From positions 1,462-65,461 of IMG/VR virus record IMGVR_UViG_3300035070_003918: a DNA stretch of 64,000 nt. One strand, written 5' to 3'. Positions within the stretch are counted from its first letter, which is position 1. Every line of letters starts with the position of its first letter. The position numbers were made by a program, and so were the translations under genes. Of this stretch, positions 35,083 through 45,327 are shown piece after piece. This DNA is from a virus. Taxonomy: Duplodnaviria > Caudoviricetes. The notes under the pieces were generated by a model. It had not been told where the DNA came from. It saw only the letters and a list, made by a program, of their open reading frames with translations, and did not search any database.

Positions 35083-36743
35083 CCCGAACCAACCCGCTCT
35101 TCCTGGCGCTACTCGAGGCCCACAAGAAGCGGGAGGCGGCGCTCGCGTCGTCGTCGATCTGGCAGACCATCACGGCGGAGGAGTTCGTCGAGGACCCTGA
35201 GTTCTGCGACGTTCCGATCTCTCCAGCGCAGCGCGCGCTCGTTCGCGCAGCTGATGGTCGCGAGGTGGGCCACCTTAGCCTGCGCGACATGGCCTACCAC
35301 CTCGGCGTGGACGGCGTCTTCGCCCCGCCGCGCCGGCCCCGCATCGTAGCCGTCCGCTCGGGTCGGCGCTCCGGCAAGTCGCTCCTCGCGAGCGCCGTGA
35401 GCCTCGTCCTCGGAGCGATGCGCTGCAAGATGCGGCGCGAGCCAAAGCACGGCGAGCGCCCGGAGCGCGACGGTCTCGTGGGCGTCAGGAAGGGCGAGCT
35501 CGTCCGCGGCGTCATCGTGACACCGAGGCTCCAGCAGGGCATCGGGACCTTCCAGCTGCTCTCGGCGATGGTGCAGGCGTCGCCCAAGCTGTCGAAGCAT
35601 CTCGTGGGAGACCCGGCGGCCGAGAGCTTCAAGCTGCGACGCGACGACGGGCAGGAGGTCCAGATCCGAGTGCTCGCGGCGGCGCCCCGCGGAGTGAACC
35701 TCCGCGGCGGCTGGTTCGTGGGCGCGGTGTTCGACGAGGCGGACTTCTTCGGCGAGGAGGACGCGAGCGTCCGGCTGGACGACCAGATCAAGGCGCTGCA
35801 GCCGGCGCTGCTGTCGGACGGTCAGATGTGGCTGACGTCGTCCCCGTGGGACGAGTCAGGCGACTTCGCCCGGCGCCACTCCGACGCATGGGGGAACCCG
35901 GGCGAGGCGGTGTCGTTCCACTCGAGCTCGACGCGGATGAACCCGACGCTCGACGCGGAGGCCATCGAAGAGGACCGCAAGAAGGACCCGGACTTCGTCT
36001 CGCGCGAGTACGACGCCGTTCCGATGGTGAGCGGCGGGGACCAGTTCTTCCCCGAGGCCGCCATCGTCGCGGCCTGCACGCGCGACGTGCTGCAGCTCGA
36101 GCCGAACGGGGCGCCGCATTGGGCAGGGTCCGATCCTGGTCTGCGGAAGAACTCGGCGGTCATCGCGCTCGCGCGGCACAGCTCCGGCAAGGCCGAGCTG
36201 GCGTTCTACGAGGAGTTGATCCCACCGCGGAAGTCGAAGCAGCAGGCGCAGGCCGACATCAAGCTCGGCATCCCTCCCGGGCTCGCGCCGAGCCAGGTCT
36301 TCACGTCGTTCGCCAGGACGGCGCTCGCCTACAAGGCCGAGTGCATCAAGGGTGACCAGTGGTACGAGGACAGCGCGATCGAGCACATGGGGAGCGTGAA
36401 GAGCGCGACGGGCGACTCGGTCTACTACTCGACGGTCCACGACAACCAGACGTCGACGGCCCTGTTCTTCACCGAGTTCCGCGGGCTGCTCAATGAGGGT
36501 AATGCCATCCTGCCGCGCGACCCGCAGCTGATGCAGCAGATGCGGGACACGAAGGTTCGGAGAGGACCTAATGGGCCGATCATCGTGCTACCGAGGACGG
36601 GAGCGGCGCACGGCGACCTCCTCAAGTCGGTGGTGCTCGCCATGGTGCAGGTGCCGCTGGAGCTAGACCTGTCAAAGGACGATGACGACAACGACTGGGA
36701 CACCGGCGACTCGCGATGGGGCGGGGCTGCGCGAGGCTTCTGA
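35079..36743 (+). CDS. terL: Terminase large subunit
   Basis: GRRSGKS Walker A, VFDEADF Walker B, LTSSP, GSDPG and HGDL nuclease motifs. Confidence 0.88.
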   Translation: MTRTNPLFLALLEAHKKREAALASSSIWQTITAEEFVEDPEFCDVPISPAQRALVRAADGREVGHLSLRDMAYHLGVDGVFAPPRRPRIVAVRSGRRSGKSLLASAVSLVLGAMRCKMRREPKHGERPERDGLVGVRKGELVRGVIVTPRLQQGIGTFQLLSAMVQASPKLSKHLVGDPAAESFKLRRDDGQEVQIRVLAAAPRGVNLRGGWFVGAVFDEADFFGEEDASVRLDDQIKALQPALLSDGQMWLTSSPWDESGDFARRHSDAWGNPGEAVSFHSSSTRMNPTLDAEAIEEDRKKDPDFVSREYDAVPMVSGGDQFFPEAAIVAACTRDVLQLEPNGAPHWAGSDPGLRKNSAVIALARHSSGKAELAFYEELIPPRKSKQQAQADIKLGIPPGLAPSQVFTSFARTALAYKAECIKGDQWYEDSAIEHMGSVKSATGDSVYYSTVHDNQTSTALFFTEFRGLLNEGNAILPRDPQLMQQMRDTKVRRGPNGPIIVLPRTGAAHGDLLKSVVLAMVQVPLELDLSKDDDDNDWDTGDSRWGGAARGF

Positions 36744-36786
36744 GGGACAAGCGAGCGACCGGGCAGACCCGGTCAAGGAGGGTGGA

Positions 36787-37719
36787 GTGGAGCATCAGGA
36801 CAAGCCGCATTGGACGAAGGCGCCGCCGCAGGACGAGCGGCTCTACCGGTACTTCACCGGCAACGACCTCCAGCCTGGAAGCATGCACGGTGCTTTCCAG
36901 CACATGTCCGAGACGAGCTTCGCGAGGGGCGTGCCGGACCCGGACGCCCGGATGGTCAACAGCGGAGCGGTGGGCTTCGCTCAGCGCGACGACCTCGAGC
37001 TCATCGAACGGGGGAACGTCGACGGGCGGAAGCGCGAGCGCGTGTCACGAGCGCAGGAGCACCGCGAGACGCGGGCGATGCTCGCTCAACTCCAGGCCCA
37101 CCACGTGGTGGTGCTGCGGCTCGCGTACGGACCGACAGACGCCATTCCTGCGCTGAAGCTCGGGGCGAACCCGCAGGCTCGGGCGAAGCTCGACGGCGAG
37201 GAGGTGGAGTACGACCGCAGCGGGGCCAGGAAGGCGTACGCGAAGCGCGAGCGACTCGGAGCTTGGCGGCAGGTGCTGCCGTCGACGCCGGCGGCGAAGA
37301 GCGGCTACGCGAAGTGGTTCGAGCATGCCCAGGCTGTGGTCGCTGAGCGGGCGTCCGGCGCAACGAGCGACCACGAGCCCGGCCTCGAAGCCTTCGACCT
37401 CGAGCGCGAGCTGCAGGGCGCGCGCCGCGACGAGGAGGCGTCGCCACTGGTGAGCGCCGCACGCCGTGCCGCGTCCCGGCGTGTGCGCGAGCTCGAGCGG
37501 CAGCTGGAGACGGTGCTGGTGATGCGTCCGCAGCCGGCGTCCGTCGAGGTGACGCTGGAGGCGTGGCTGGTGAACCACGCGACCGAGAAGGAGCTGAGCG
37601 CGGCGAGGGTCGAGGCGAATAACATGGTGCGCGAGGCCTGGAACCTCTGGGCGGACGTGAGGGGGCGACGAGCGAAGCGGCTGCCGCGGACGTTCGTGTA
37701 CGAGCGAGGTGACCTGTGA
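36787..37719 (+). CDS. Hypothetical protein (position of a late regulator)
   Basis: Long ORF with phage-like codon use. Confidence 0.6.
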   Translation: MEHQDKPHWTKAPPQDERLYRYFTGNDLQPGSMHGAFQHMSETSFARGVPDPDARMVNSGAVGFAQRDDLELIERGNVDGRKRERVSRAQEHRETRAMLAQLQAHHVVVLRLAYGPTDAIPALKLGANPQARAKLDGEEVEYDRSGARKAYAKRERLGAWRQVLPSTPAAKSGYAKWFEHAQAVVAERASGATSDHEPGLEAFDLERELQGARRDEEASPLVSAARRAASRRVRELERQLETVLVMRPQPASVEVTLEAWLVNHATEKELSAARVEANNMVREAWNLWADVRGRRAKRLPRTFVYERGDL

Positions 37720-37997
37720 GCGAGATCAAGACGGCGGACCTGGCGATCATCGCGCGCGCGGTGGCGGACGCAGCATTCGAGTTGGCAGAGCGGGAGCGCA
37801 GGGCGCAGAGCGAGCGCATCTACGGCATGAAGACGATCGCGGCCGAGTGCGGCGTAAGCCACGACGTACTCACCCGATGGGTCAACACCCACGGCTTCCC
37901 GCTCGACAAGGACCCGCGCGGGTACAGCGTGCGCCGGTGGAACATGGAGCGGTGGTTCGAGGCTCGCCGTCGAGCGGTCGAGTCGCTCAAGCGGTAG
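37716..37997 (+). CDS. HTH DNA-binding protein (excisionase/MerR-like)
   Basis: GMKTIAAECGVSHDVLTRWVNTHGFP. Confidence 0.7.
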   Translation: MSEIKTADLAIIARAVADAAFELAERERRAQSERIYGMKTIAAECGVSHDVLTRWVNTHGFPLDKDPRGYSVRRWNMERWFEARRRAVESLKR

Positions 37998-38434
37998 CAG
38001 TACGCCAACAGGTGCGTACGCAATCGTATGCGCCGAGCGCGTGCCGCGCGTTTTGGTAGCCAATAGTCAACGGATCGATCGTGCCCTATCGGATTGCATA
38101 GGGCCGCTACGCCTGCGATCCTGTCATAGTCACGAGTCGCCCGCGCGAGAGTGCGAAGTTCGACCCGCGACACGAGAGCGACGCCGTCCCCACCTCCCGG
38201 TGTTGCTCTCCGCCTCGGTCCGCTCGCAGGCGCAAAACGGCTGAGCGGATTTGCCACGCGGTCCAGCGACCACACCGCCCAGCGCGGTCTCCGGGGGCAG
38301 CACCCGGGCAAGGCTCCAGCGCCCAACCGGCCAGCGCCTACACGCACCCCTCCTTGTTTTGCGATGGCGTTCGTGCGGTGGCCACTCGGGCGCGAAGTTT
38401 CACCCATTGGCCGAGGTCGGCCAGGAGCAACAGC

Positions 38435-39091
38435 ATGAAGCTCAACTACGGCGACTTCGCGGCCCAGCAGGTCAGCGAGCGGATCGGCACCCCGGTCGAC
38501 ACCCTGACCACGCTCAAGGGGATCCCTGCCGACCGACGCGTCGCCGGCCAGGTCTTCCTCGTCCTCGCGGACAACTCGCTCTGGAGGTTCCACAGCTCCA
38601 GCACGCTCACCGGGGATGACGTCCTCGTGGCGACGCCGAGCGCTGGTTCCGGGCGGTTCCTCCGAGTGCCAGGTGCCGGCAAGTTCGAGCTCGCGTTCAC
38701 GTTCGCCACAGCCGACGCGGCGGTCCTGCTCACGATGCAGGCCGGACAGGAGCTGGCGGTCGAGCGCGTGCTGTGGCGCATCGCCGCGGACATGACCGGC
38801 GGCGCGGCCAGCGCGATCGGCGTCTCGTCCAACAAGACCACGCCGACGAACTGGAGCACCAAGGGCGACGTTCTCGGCGGCGCCACAGGCGACGTCGCCG
38901 CGACGCTGGTGGCATCGGGCGGGCTGCTCGCTGGCACCATCGGCGCGGACATGGACACGCTCACCAAGACGCGCGGCCTGGTCCTCAAGGCGACCGACAC
39001 GCTGAAGTTCGACCGCATCACGTCGGCGTTCACTGCCGGCAACGGCTCGGTCGTCGTCGTCGGCACGCTCATGCGGAACGACGGGGCCTGA
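38435..39091 (+). CDS. Probable virion protein
   Basis: AGGAG RBS; A/G/T-rich; first gene of the late operon. Confidence 0.6.
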   Translation: MKLNYGDFAAQQVSERIGTPVDTLTTLKGIPADRRVAGQVFLVLADNSLWRFHSSSTLTGDDVLVATPSAGSGRFLRVPGAGKFELAFTFATADAAVLLTMQAGQELAVERVLWRIAADMTGGAASAIGVSSNKTTPTNWSTKGDVLGGATGDVAATLVASGGLLAGTIGADMDTLTKTRGLVLKATDTLKFDRITSAFTAGNGSVVVVGTLMRNDGA

Positions 39092-39097
39092 TAGGAC

Positions 39098-39565
39098 ATG
39101 GCGCGCAAGACCGGCGGCCTCTTCACGGGACTCGCGGCGGCTGCCGCGCGAACCATCAGCGGAGCGATCGCTGCCGACAGCGCCACCCTCACCGACGCGA
39201 ACTTCCCGGCGGCGTCCGGCTTCTCGTGCCAGGGCTACGACACGATCCTGGTCGGCGCTGAGATCGCCGGCGGCGCCAGCCCCACGGCGACCATCGAGCT
39301 GCTCTTCCGAGACGAAGAGGCGGCCGACGGGTCGCGCTGGAAGCGTCTACTCCTCGGCGCGCGCGACGGCATCACGGCGATCGGCGCGGTGGCTTCGGAG
39401 ACGACGGGCGCCCTCGGCGCCAACAGCGACTTCGTCGAGCTGCGTTGTTACGGCGCATCGCTCGTGACCCCGCGCGTGACGGCGGTCACCAACTCCGCCG
39501 GTACGACCTCGCTCAAGATCCTCGTCCTCCCCGGTCGGCAGCGCATGCGTCGCGACCACTCCTGA
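39098..39565 (+). CDS. Probable virion protein
   Basis: Beta-rich ORF before the portal. Confidence 0.6.
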   Translation: MARKTGGLFTGLAAAAARTISGAIAADSATLTDANFPAASGFSCQGYDTILVGAEIAGGASPTATIELLFRDEEAADGSRWKRLLLGARDGITAIGAVASETTGALGANSDFVELRCYGASLVTPRVTAVTNSAGTTSLKILVLPGRQRMRRDHS

Positions 39566-39580
39566 CCGAAGGACCCGAAC

Positions 39581-40960
39581 ATGTCGATCTGGTCTCGCCT
39601 CGGCGGGCTCTTCAAGCGAGCGCCGTCGGTCGGGGTCTCATCGGGCGCCTCGGTCCTACCCGACCTGTCGCTGTGGCAGCAGGTCCAGCGCATCGGCGGC
39701 AGCGTCACGCCGGCCGACGTCAGCTTCATCATCCGCGCCGCCGACAGCGGCGACATGACCCGCCTCATCGATCTCGCGAACGAGATGAGGCAGAAGGACG
39801 GGCACCTTCAGTCGGTGCTCCAGACGCGCGAGACCGCGCTCTGCGGTCTCAACTGGGAGCTGGTCTTCCCGGGGCAGGACCCGAAGTCGACGCGCGGCAA
39901 GCGCCAGCGACGCTTCGTCGAGAAGGTCCTTCGAACGCACCCGGACTTCCGCCGCCTCATCGCTCACCTCACCGGCAGTGCCTACTACGGCTACGCGGTC
40001 GCGGAGACCGTGTGGGCGGTGCAGGGTGGGCGGCAGGTCCCAGCACGCTTCGTGTGCCACGGGGCCCGGCGCTTCGGCTTCCGCGACAAGGACGGCAAGC
40101 TCATCTGGCGCGACGACGGCGTCAACTACATCGGCGTGGACTTCCTCGCGAAGTACCCCGACAAGTTTATCGTCTCGCAGCCTCGCATCAACGGCGACGT
40201 GCCGTGTCGCGAGGGCCTCGTGCGCGTGCTCATGTGGCTCGCGCTCTTCCGTAACTGGTCGCTCTCGGACTGGTTGAAGCTCGCCGAGCTCGTCTACAAG
40301 CCGTGGCGGCTCGGCCGGTACAAGAAGCGCGGGGACAACCCGGCCTCGAAAGAGGACGTGGCGAACCTCAAGGCGATCCTCTCGGGGATGACGTCGAGCG
40401 GCACTGCGGTCCACCCGGACACGGTCGAGGTCGAGCTCAAGTTCCCCGAGGTCAACGGCACGGCCCAGGGACAGGGCGGCGCGCACGCGTCGCTGTTCGA
40501 CACCTGCGGGCGCGAGATGAGCAAGGCCGTGCTCGGCCAGACGCTCACGACCGAGCAGGGCTCCGTCGGCTCCCAGGCGCTCGGCAACGTCCACAACCAG
40601 ATCCGCAAGGACATCCTGGAGTCGGACGCCGTGCACCTCGCTGAGGTCATCACGCGCGACGTGATCGAGCCGATGATTCGGCTCAACTTCGGGCCGACCG
40701 CGCCGGTGCCGCGCTTCCAGTTCGTGACCGAGGGCGCCACCGACCTGGTGATGCTGGCGACCGCGCTCGAGAAGCTCGCCCCGATCATGCGCATCCCGGC
40801 CGAGTGGGCGCGGGACAAGCTGGGCATCCCGGTCCCGGACGAGGACGATGAGATCCTCGGCTCCTACGACGTCGACCTGGAGGACCTCGAAGACGAGGCC
40901 GAGAACGACGACGAGGCGGACGATGAGCCCGAAGACGACGACGCCGCGGACGCGGCCTGA
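39581..40960 (+). CDS. Portal protein (DUF935/Mu gp29-like)
   Basis: KDGHLQS, YGYAVAE, MSKAVLGQTLT, GSQALGNVH. Confidence 0.92.
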   Translation: MSIWSRLGGLFKRAPSVGVSSGASVLPDLSLWQQVQRIGGSVTPADVSFIIRAADSGDMTRLIDLANEMRQKDGHLQSVLQTRETALCGLNWELVFPGQDPKSTRGKRQRRFVEKVLRTHPDFRRLIAHLTGSAYYGYAVAETVWAVQGGRQVPARFVCHGARRFGFRDKDGKLIWRDDGVNYIGVDFLAKYPDKFIVSQPRINGDVPCREGLVRVLMWLALFRNWSLSDWLKLAELVYKPWRLGRYKKRGDNPASKEDVANLKAILSGMTSSGTAVHPDTVEVELKFPEVNGTAQGQGGAHASLFDTCGREMSKAVLGQTLTTEQGSVGSQALGNVHNQIRKDILESDAVHLAEVITRDVIEPMIRLNFGPTAPVPRFQFVTEGATDLVMLATALEKLAPIMRIPAEWARDKLGIPVPDEDDEILGSYDVDLEDLEDEAENDDEADDEPEDDDAADAA

Positions 40961-40966
40961 GGCAAC

Positions 40967-42085
40967 ATGGCCGACCAGTACTCCTACCGATTCGTCGCCC
41001 GCGACGACGGAACCGTTCAAGCCGCCCTCGACCCGCGCACGAAGGACGCGAGCGATCTGCATGTGCGCGAGCTTCGGCTGCGTGCTGTGCGCGAGGCAGC
41101 CCGAGAGGTCGACTTCGTAGCCTCCACGGAGGCGATCGACTCGTACGGCGAGATCGTCAAGCAGAACTGGGACCTCGCCCGGTTCAAGTCCAACCCGGTG
41201 ATCCTGTGGTCCCACAACGCGCGGGACCTCCCGATCGGTCACGCGACCAAGGTCGGTGTGGTTCGCAACCAGCTCGAGGTGACGATCAAGTTCGCCACCG
41301 AGAAGGCGAACCCTCAGGCCGAGCTCGTGTGGCAGTCGGTGCTCGAGCAGACGCTGCGCGCGGTGAGCGTGGGGTTCTACCCGCGGGAGATCCGGTGCGA
41401 GCGCATCGACGGCGTGGACGTCGTCATCCTGGACGACAACGAGCTGAGGGAGATCTCGGTCGTCACCATCCCGGCGAACCATGAGGCTCTGGCGAAGGCC
41501 AAGAGCGCAGCGCTGGCGAAGTTCAAGCAGGCGACGAAGAGCGCCGAGGCAGAAGACCACACGCTTGCCCGCGAAGAGCGCGGCGGCGACAGCGCCGGCA
41601 CGGCCGGCAGGGAGTCCGACATGGACGAGAAGCAGAAGGCCGCGCTCGAGCTGAAGGTCGCGGAGCACGAGAAGGCGATCAAGGACCTCGAGACCAAGGC
41701 CGCTGCCGAGGCCGCTCGCGCCGACAAGGCGGAGGCGGAGTGCAAGGCCCTGTCGGCTCAGACCGAGCGGCTCGCGCAGGAGCGCGACGCACTGGCGAAG
41801 AGCGCGGCGGACCTGGACGAGAAGCTCATCGAGATCGAGGTCGGCGCGCTCGTCGGCAAGAAGATCTCCGCGGCGGAGAAGGCGGACTTCGTCGAGCTGC
41901 GCAAGTCGAACAAGGCGCTCTTCGAGCGCATGGTCGCGCAGCGGACGGACGTCTCGTACCTCGGCGCGCAAGTGATCTCATCGGACGGCAACGGCGAAGC
42001 GCCGGCCGCCGTGGACAGCGGCGAGGCTTCCCAGAGCGACTGGGAGCGCGTCGAGAAGCTGGCGAAGTCCAGCAACGCGGCCTGA
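40967..42085 (+). CDS. HK97-type prohead protease fused to a scaffold coiled coil
   Basis: NPVILWSHN, AVSVGF, LREISVVTIPAN. Confidence 0.92.
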   Translation: MADQYSYRFVARDDGTVQAALDPRTKDASDLHVRELRLRAVREAAREVDFVASTEAIDSYGEIVKQNWDLARFKSNPVILWSHNARDLPIGHATKVGVVRNQLEVTIKFATEKANPQAELVWQSVLEQTLRAVSVGFYPREIRCERIDGVDVVILDDNELREISVVTIPANHEALAKAKSAALAKFKQATKSAEAEDHTLAREERGGDSAGTAGRESDMDEKQKAALELKVAEHEKAIKDLETKAAAEAARADKAEAECKALSAQTERLAQERDALAKSAADLDEKLIEIEVGALVGKKISAAEKADFVELRKSNKALFERMVAQRTDVSYLGAQVISSDGNGEAPAAVDSGEASQSDWERVEKLAKSSNAA

Positions 42086-42137
42086 GCAGGCTCGCGCCCC
42101 ACCACCCCAACGATTCCAAGAAGACCAGGAGCAAGCC

Positions 42138-42548
42138 ATGGCCGCTCGCGCGCTGCGTGATCTCGAGAAGTGCACCATCATCACCCGCACCGTCGTCGCC
42201 GCCGGCGCCGCGACCAAGGGCCGCATGGCCAAGTGGTCGGCGACCGCGCAGGAGGTCGACAACGCCGGCGCCAACGAGAAGGGCTTCGGCATCTTCCTCG
42301 AGACGAAGGCGGCCGGCGCCCAGGTCCAGATCGCTCTGCTCCAGGGCTCGGGAGTGATCCCGGTGCTGGTCGGCACGGGCGGGGCGACCGAGGGCGAGTT
42401 CGCTGTCGGCGCGGCCGACGGCCTCACCAACCAGACCCTCGGTGGTGGCACCACGGTCAAGTACATCGCCGGAACCTTCATGCAGACCGGCGTGGCTGGC
42501 GACTACGTGGGCCTGATGCCCGGGAAGTTCGCGGCCGGCGCGGCCTGA
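42138..42548 (+). CDS. Capsid cement/decoration protein (DUF2190-like)
   Basis: Small A/G-rich ORF between protease and capsid. Confidence 0.7.
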   Translation: MAARALRDLEKCTIITRTVVAAGAATKGRMAKWSATAQEVDNAGANEKGFGIFLETKAAGAQVQIALLQGSGVIPVLVGTGGATEGEFAVGAADGLTNQTLGGGTTVKYIAGTFMQTGVAGDYVGLMPGKFAAGAA

Positions 42549-42628
42549 GGTCGCGCGAACCACAGACTCCATCGCCCTGACGGCGTCTCATCGGCGCGCT
42601 GGGCCAGAAGAAAAGGACCCCCCCCATC

Positions 42629-43747
42629 ATGTCCGACGGAACCGTCGTGGGCGCTGTCGCGCTCGAAGAGATCGTCTCCACCCAGCGCACGGCCCGTGGT
42701 CGTGCATACGACAGCACGCGCGCGGCGCTGCGACAGCTCATCCAGACGGACAAGGACTTCCGCAATAAGCGGAACGCCGAGGTCGCGCGGATCAAGGCGG
42801 TCGGCCCGAGCGACGTGCACTCCAACACGTTCCTCTCGAACCTGTCGATCCAGTACGCCAACGACATGTACATCGGCGAGCGCGTGGCGCCCGTCGTGGC
42901 CGTGCCGTTCAAGTCTGACGACTACTTCAAGTACTCGAAGCGCGACCGGCTCGCGATCCCCGACGACATGATCGGCTCGCGCTCGGACGCGAACGAGGTC
43001 GACGAGAACCGTGAGACCGCGTCCTACTCCTGCAAGGACCGGGCGCTGAAGGGCTTCGTCTCGGCGGACACGATCGAGAACCAGGACAGCGCCTTCGACG
43101 AGATGATGGATCTCGTCGAGTCGGTGAACGACGGCCTCGGCCTCGCTCGCGAGAAGCGGGTCGCCACGCTCATCACCACGGCGGCCAACTACGACTCGAA
43201 CAACACCGCGACCCTCGCCGGCGCGGACCAGTTCGACTCCGCGGGCGGCGGTGACCCGGTCAAGAAGATCCAGGAGGCGAAGCGCGCCTGCTGGGGTGGC
43301 CGCGGCCCCTCCAAGCTGGTGCTCGTCTCGGGCGTCGGCGTCTACAACTGCCTCGCGCGCCACCAGGCGGTGCGGGACATGTTCAAGTACACCTCGCTCC
43401 AGGGCTCGAGCGGGCTCGCGACGCCTTCGATGATCGCCTCGATCTTCGGGCTCGACGAGTACCTGGTCGGCGGCGCGCGCGAGGACACGGCGAACAGCGG
43501 TCAGACCGCGAGCTACTCGGACGTGTGGGGCAAGCACCTCGCGATCGTCCGCGTCGCTCTGCGGCCGAGCAAGCGCAACGCGAGCTTCAGCTACACGTTC
43601 CGCATGCAGGGCCACCCGCTCACCACGCAGTGGTTCGACCCGACCAAGGGTCTCGGCGGCGGGTACTTCGCGAAGGTCGGCTGCTCCGAGACGCACGACG
43701 TGGTCGCGAACGACACCGGCTTCCTCTACCGCAGCGCGATCTCCTGA
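42629..43747 (+). CDS. Major capsid protein
   Basis: 372 aa; LSNLSIQY, REKRVA, DP...I, GFLYRSAI; position in the module. Confidence 0.85.
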   Translation: MSDGTVVGAVALEEIVSTQRTARGRAYDSTRAALRQLIQTDKDFRNKRNAEVARIKAVGPSDVHSNTFLSNLSIQYANDMYIGERVAPVVAVPFKSDDYFKYSKRDRLAIPDDMIGSRSDANEVDENRETASYSCKDRALKGFVSADTIENQDSAFDEMMDLVESVNDGLGLAREKRVATLITTAANYDSNNTATLAGADQFDSAGGGDPVKKIQEAKRACWGGRGPSKLVLVSGVGVYNCLARHQAVRDMFKYTSLQGSSGLATPSMIASIFGLDEYLVGGAREDTANSGQTASYSDVWGKHLAIVRVALRPSKRNASFSYTFRMQGHPLTTQWFDPTKGLGGGYFAKVGCSETHDVVANDTGFLYRSAIS

Positions 43748-43755
43748 GCCTGGTC

Positions 43756-44010
43756 ATGGCGAAGGAGAACCCCAAGGCACCGGCGCAGGCTCCCCAGGCG
43801 GAGGCGAAGGTCTCCGCTGAGGGTGAGTCCGCGCCGAGCGCCGGCAAGGCACCGGCGGCTCCGAAGCCCGCGGCACGCTTCCGCGTGTGGGCTCACGGCG
43901 CGCTCCACTGCGACGGCGTGGTCTTCGCCCCTGGCGAGGAGCTGCCGCTCACGGAGGCGCAGGTCGAAACGCTCGCGCTCGGCCAGGTCGCCGTCCGCAT
44001 CGAGGACTGA
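43756..44010 (+). CDS. Small head-associated protein
   Basis: LHCDGVVFAPGEELPL motif after the capsid gene. Confidence 0.6.
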   Translation: MAKENPKAPAQAPQAEAKVSAEGESAPSAGKAPAAPKPAARFRVWAHGALHCDGVVFAPGEELPLTEAQVETLALGQVAVRIED

Positions 44011-44012
44011 GC

Positions 44013-44471
44013 ATGGCCCTCCCGTACTGGACGATCTCGGACCTCGAGAGCCGCCTGGGTGCGGAGGTCGTGCTCCAGGTCTTCGACGACGACAACGACG
44101 GGGTGCCCGACGCGGCGGCCGTCAACCAGCTCTCCGCCGACTCGGACAGCTTCGTGGAGGGCTACCTCCGCGGCGTGTACGAGCTCGCGACGGTGCGCGA
44201 CACGCCGCCGAACCAGGTCAAGCGCCTGTCGCTCGACTACGCGGTGGCGCAGTGCGCGAAGCGCCGGCCCGAGTACGTGCGCCGAGACTTCGGCCCGCTC
44301 GAGGCTGCCGTGAGGCAGGAGCTGTCGGAGATCCGGTCCGGGAAGATCCGTCTCGACGTCATCGGCGCGCCGGAGCCTGGGGCGAACCAGGGCGGCGAGG
44401 TCTGGGACGGCGGCGACGACTACACCGAGGACACGGTCAAGTTCTTCTCCGGCGGGATGGGTGACTTCTGA
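44013..44471 (+). CDS. Head-tail adaptor (DUF1320/Mu gp36-like)
   Basis: Y.TISDL, VEGYLRGVY, LSEIRSGKIRL. Confidence 0.82.
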   Translation: MALPYWTISDLESRLGAEVVLQVFDDDNDGVPDAAAVNQLSADSDSFVEGYLRGVYELATVRDTPPNQVKRLSLDYAVAQCAKRRPEYVRRDFGPLEAAVRQELSEIRSGKIRLDVIGAPEPGANQGGEVWDGGDDYTEDTVKFFSGGMGDF

Positions 44472-44890
44472 TGCGCGTCGACGGCTTCACGGTCGGCAAG
44501 CACAACGGGCACCCCTGTCCCCCGCGCCTGTTGGCGCTGGCCGCGCTTTCGCGGCAGCTGGCCCCTCCGCATCCGTCCGAGGACGACGCATCGTCTGATG
44601 GCCCCGTGACGCTGCCGGGGCACGTCGTGACCGGGGCGCTCGGCAGGGGCCGCATGCTCGGGTGCGTGGCGCTCATGGTCGACGCCGAGCGAGAGATGAT
44701 CCGCGAGCGGTCGGCGACCGCCAAGCGGTGCCTGGCCCTGCGCCCTGCCTCGGTGACCTACGAGGAGTGGAGCGCGGAGCTGGCCAAGCTGCTCATGAGC
44801 GGTGACCCGCTCGAGCAGATCGAAGAGACGATGGCCGCGATGGCGGCCGAAAGGGACGCGGCATGTTCGACGTCCAGTTCCTCGGAGTAG
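44471..44890 (+). CDS. Hypothetical protein
   Basis: TGATG coupling. Confidence 0.5.
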   Translation: MRVDGFTVGKHNGHPCPPRLLALAALSRQLAPPHPSEDDASSDGPVTLPGHVVTGALGRGRMLGCVALMVDAEREMIRERSATAKRCLALRPASVTYEEWSAELAKLLMSGDPLEQIEETMAAMAAERDAACSTSSSSE

Positions 44891-45324
44891 AAGAGCTACT
44901 GGCCCAGTGGTCCAGCGAGCAGGCGCGCATCTCCGCCGGCATGGCCGTGGCGGTCTTCGACGCCGCGCGAGAGGGAGCTGCGCAGGCGAGAGCCTCGGCG
45001 CCCCGCCGCACCGGCACGATGATCGACCACACGGACGGCCAGCTGCTGTCGCAGTCGGCGACGACGGCGCGCGGCGAGATCCGCGTGGGTGTGGACTACG
45101 CCTCCTTCGTGAGCGACGGCACGTCGCCGCACATCATCGAGGCAAAGCGAGCCAAGACCCTGGCCTTCGAACAGGACGGCGTCATGCGGTTCCCGCGGCG
45201 AGTCCGGCACCCGGGCACGAAGGCGAACCGGTACCTCGACGGCGCGGTGGACGTGGCAGATCAGACGCTGCGCTCCGGCGTGACCGCCGTGCTGGACGGC
45301 GTCGCGGCTCGCATGCGGGGGTGA
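44863..45324 (+). CDS. HK97 gp10-like neck/tail completion protein
   Basis: APRRTG, YASFVSDGT.PH.I, VRHPGTKAN. Confidence 0.8.
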   Translation: MFDVQFLGVEELLAQWSSEQARISAGMAVAVFDAAREGAAQARASAPRRTGTMIDHTDGQLLSQSATTARGEIRVGVDYASFVSDGTSPHIIEAKRAKTLAFEQDGVMRFPRRVRHPGTKANRYLDGAVDVADQTLRSGVTAVLDGVAARMRG

Positions 45325-45327
45325 CCT

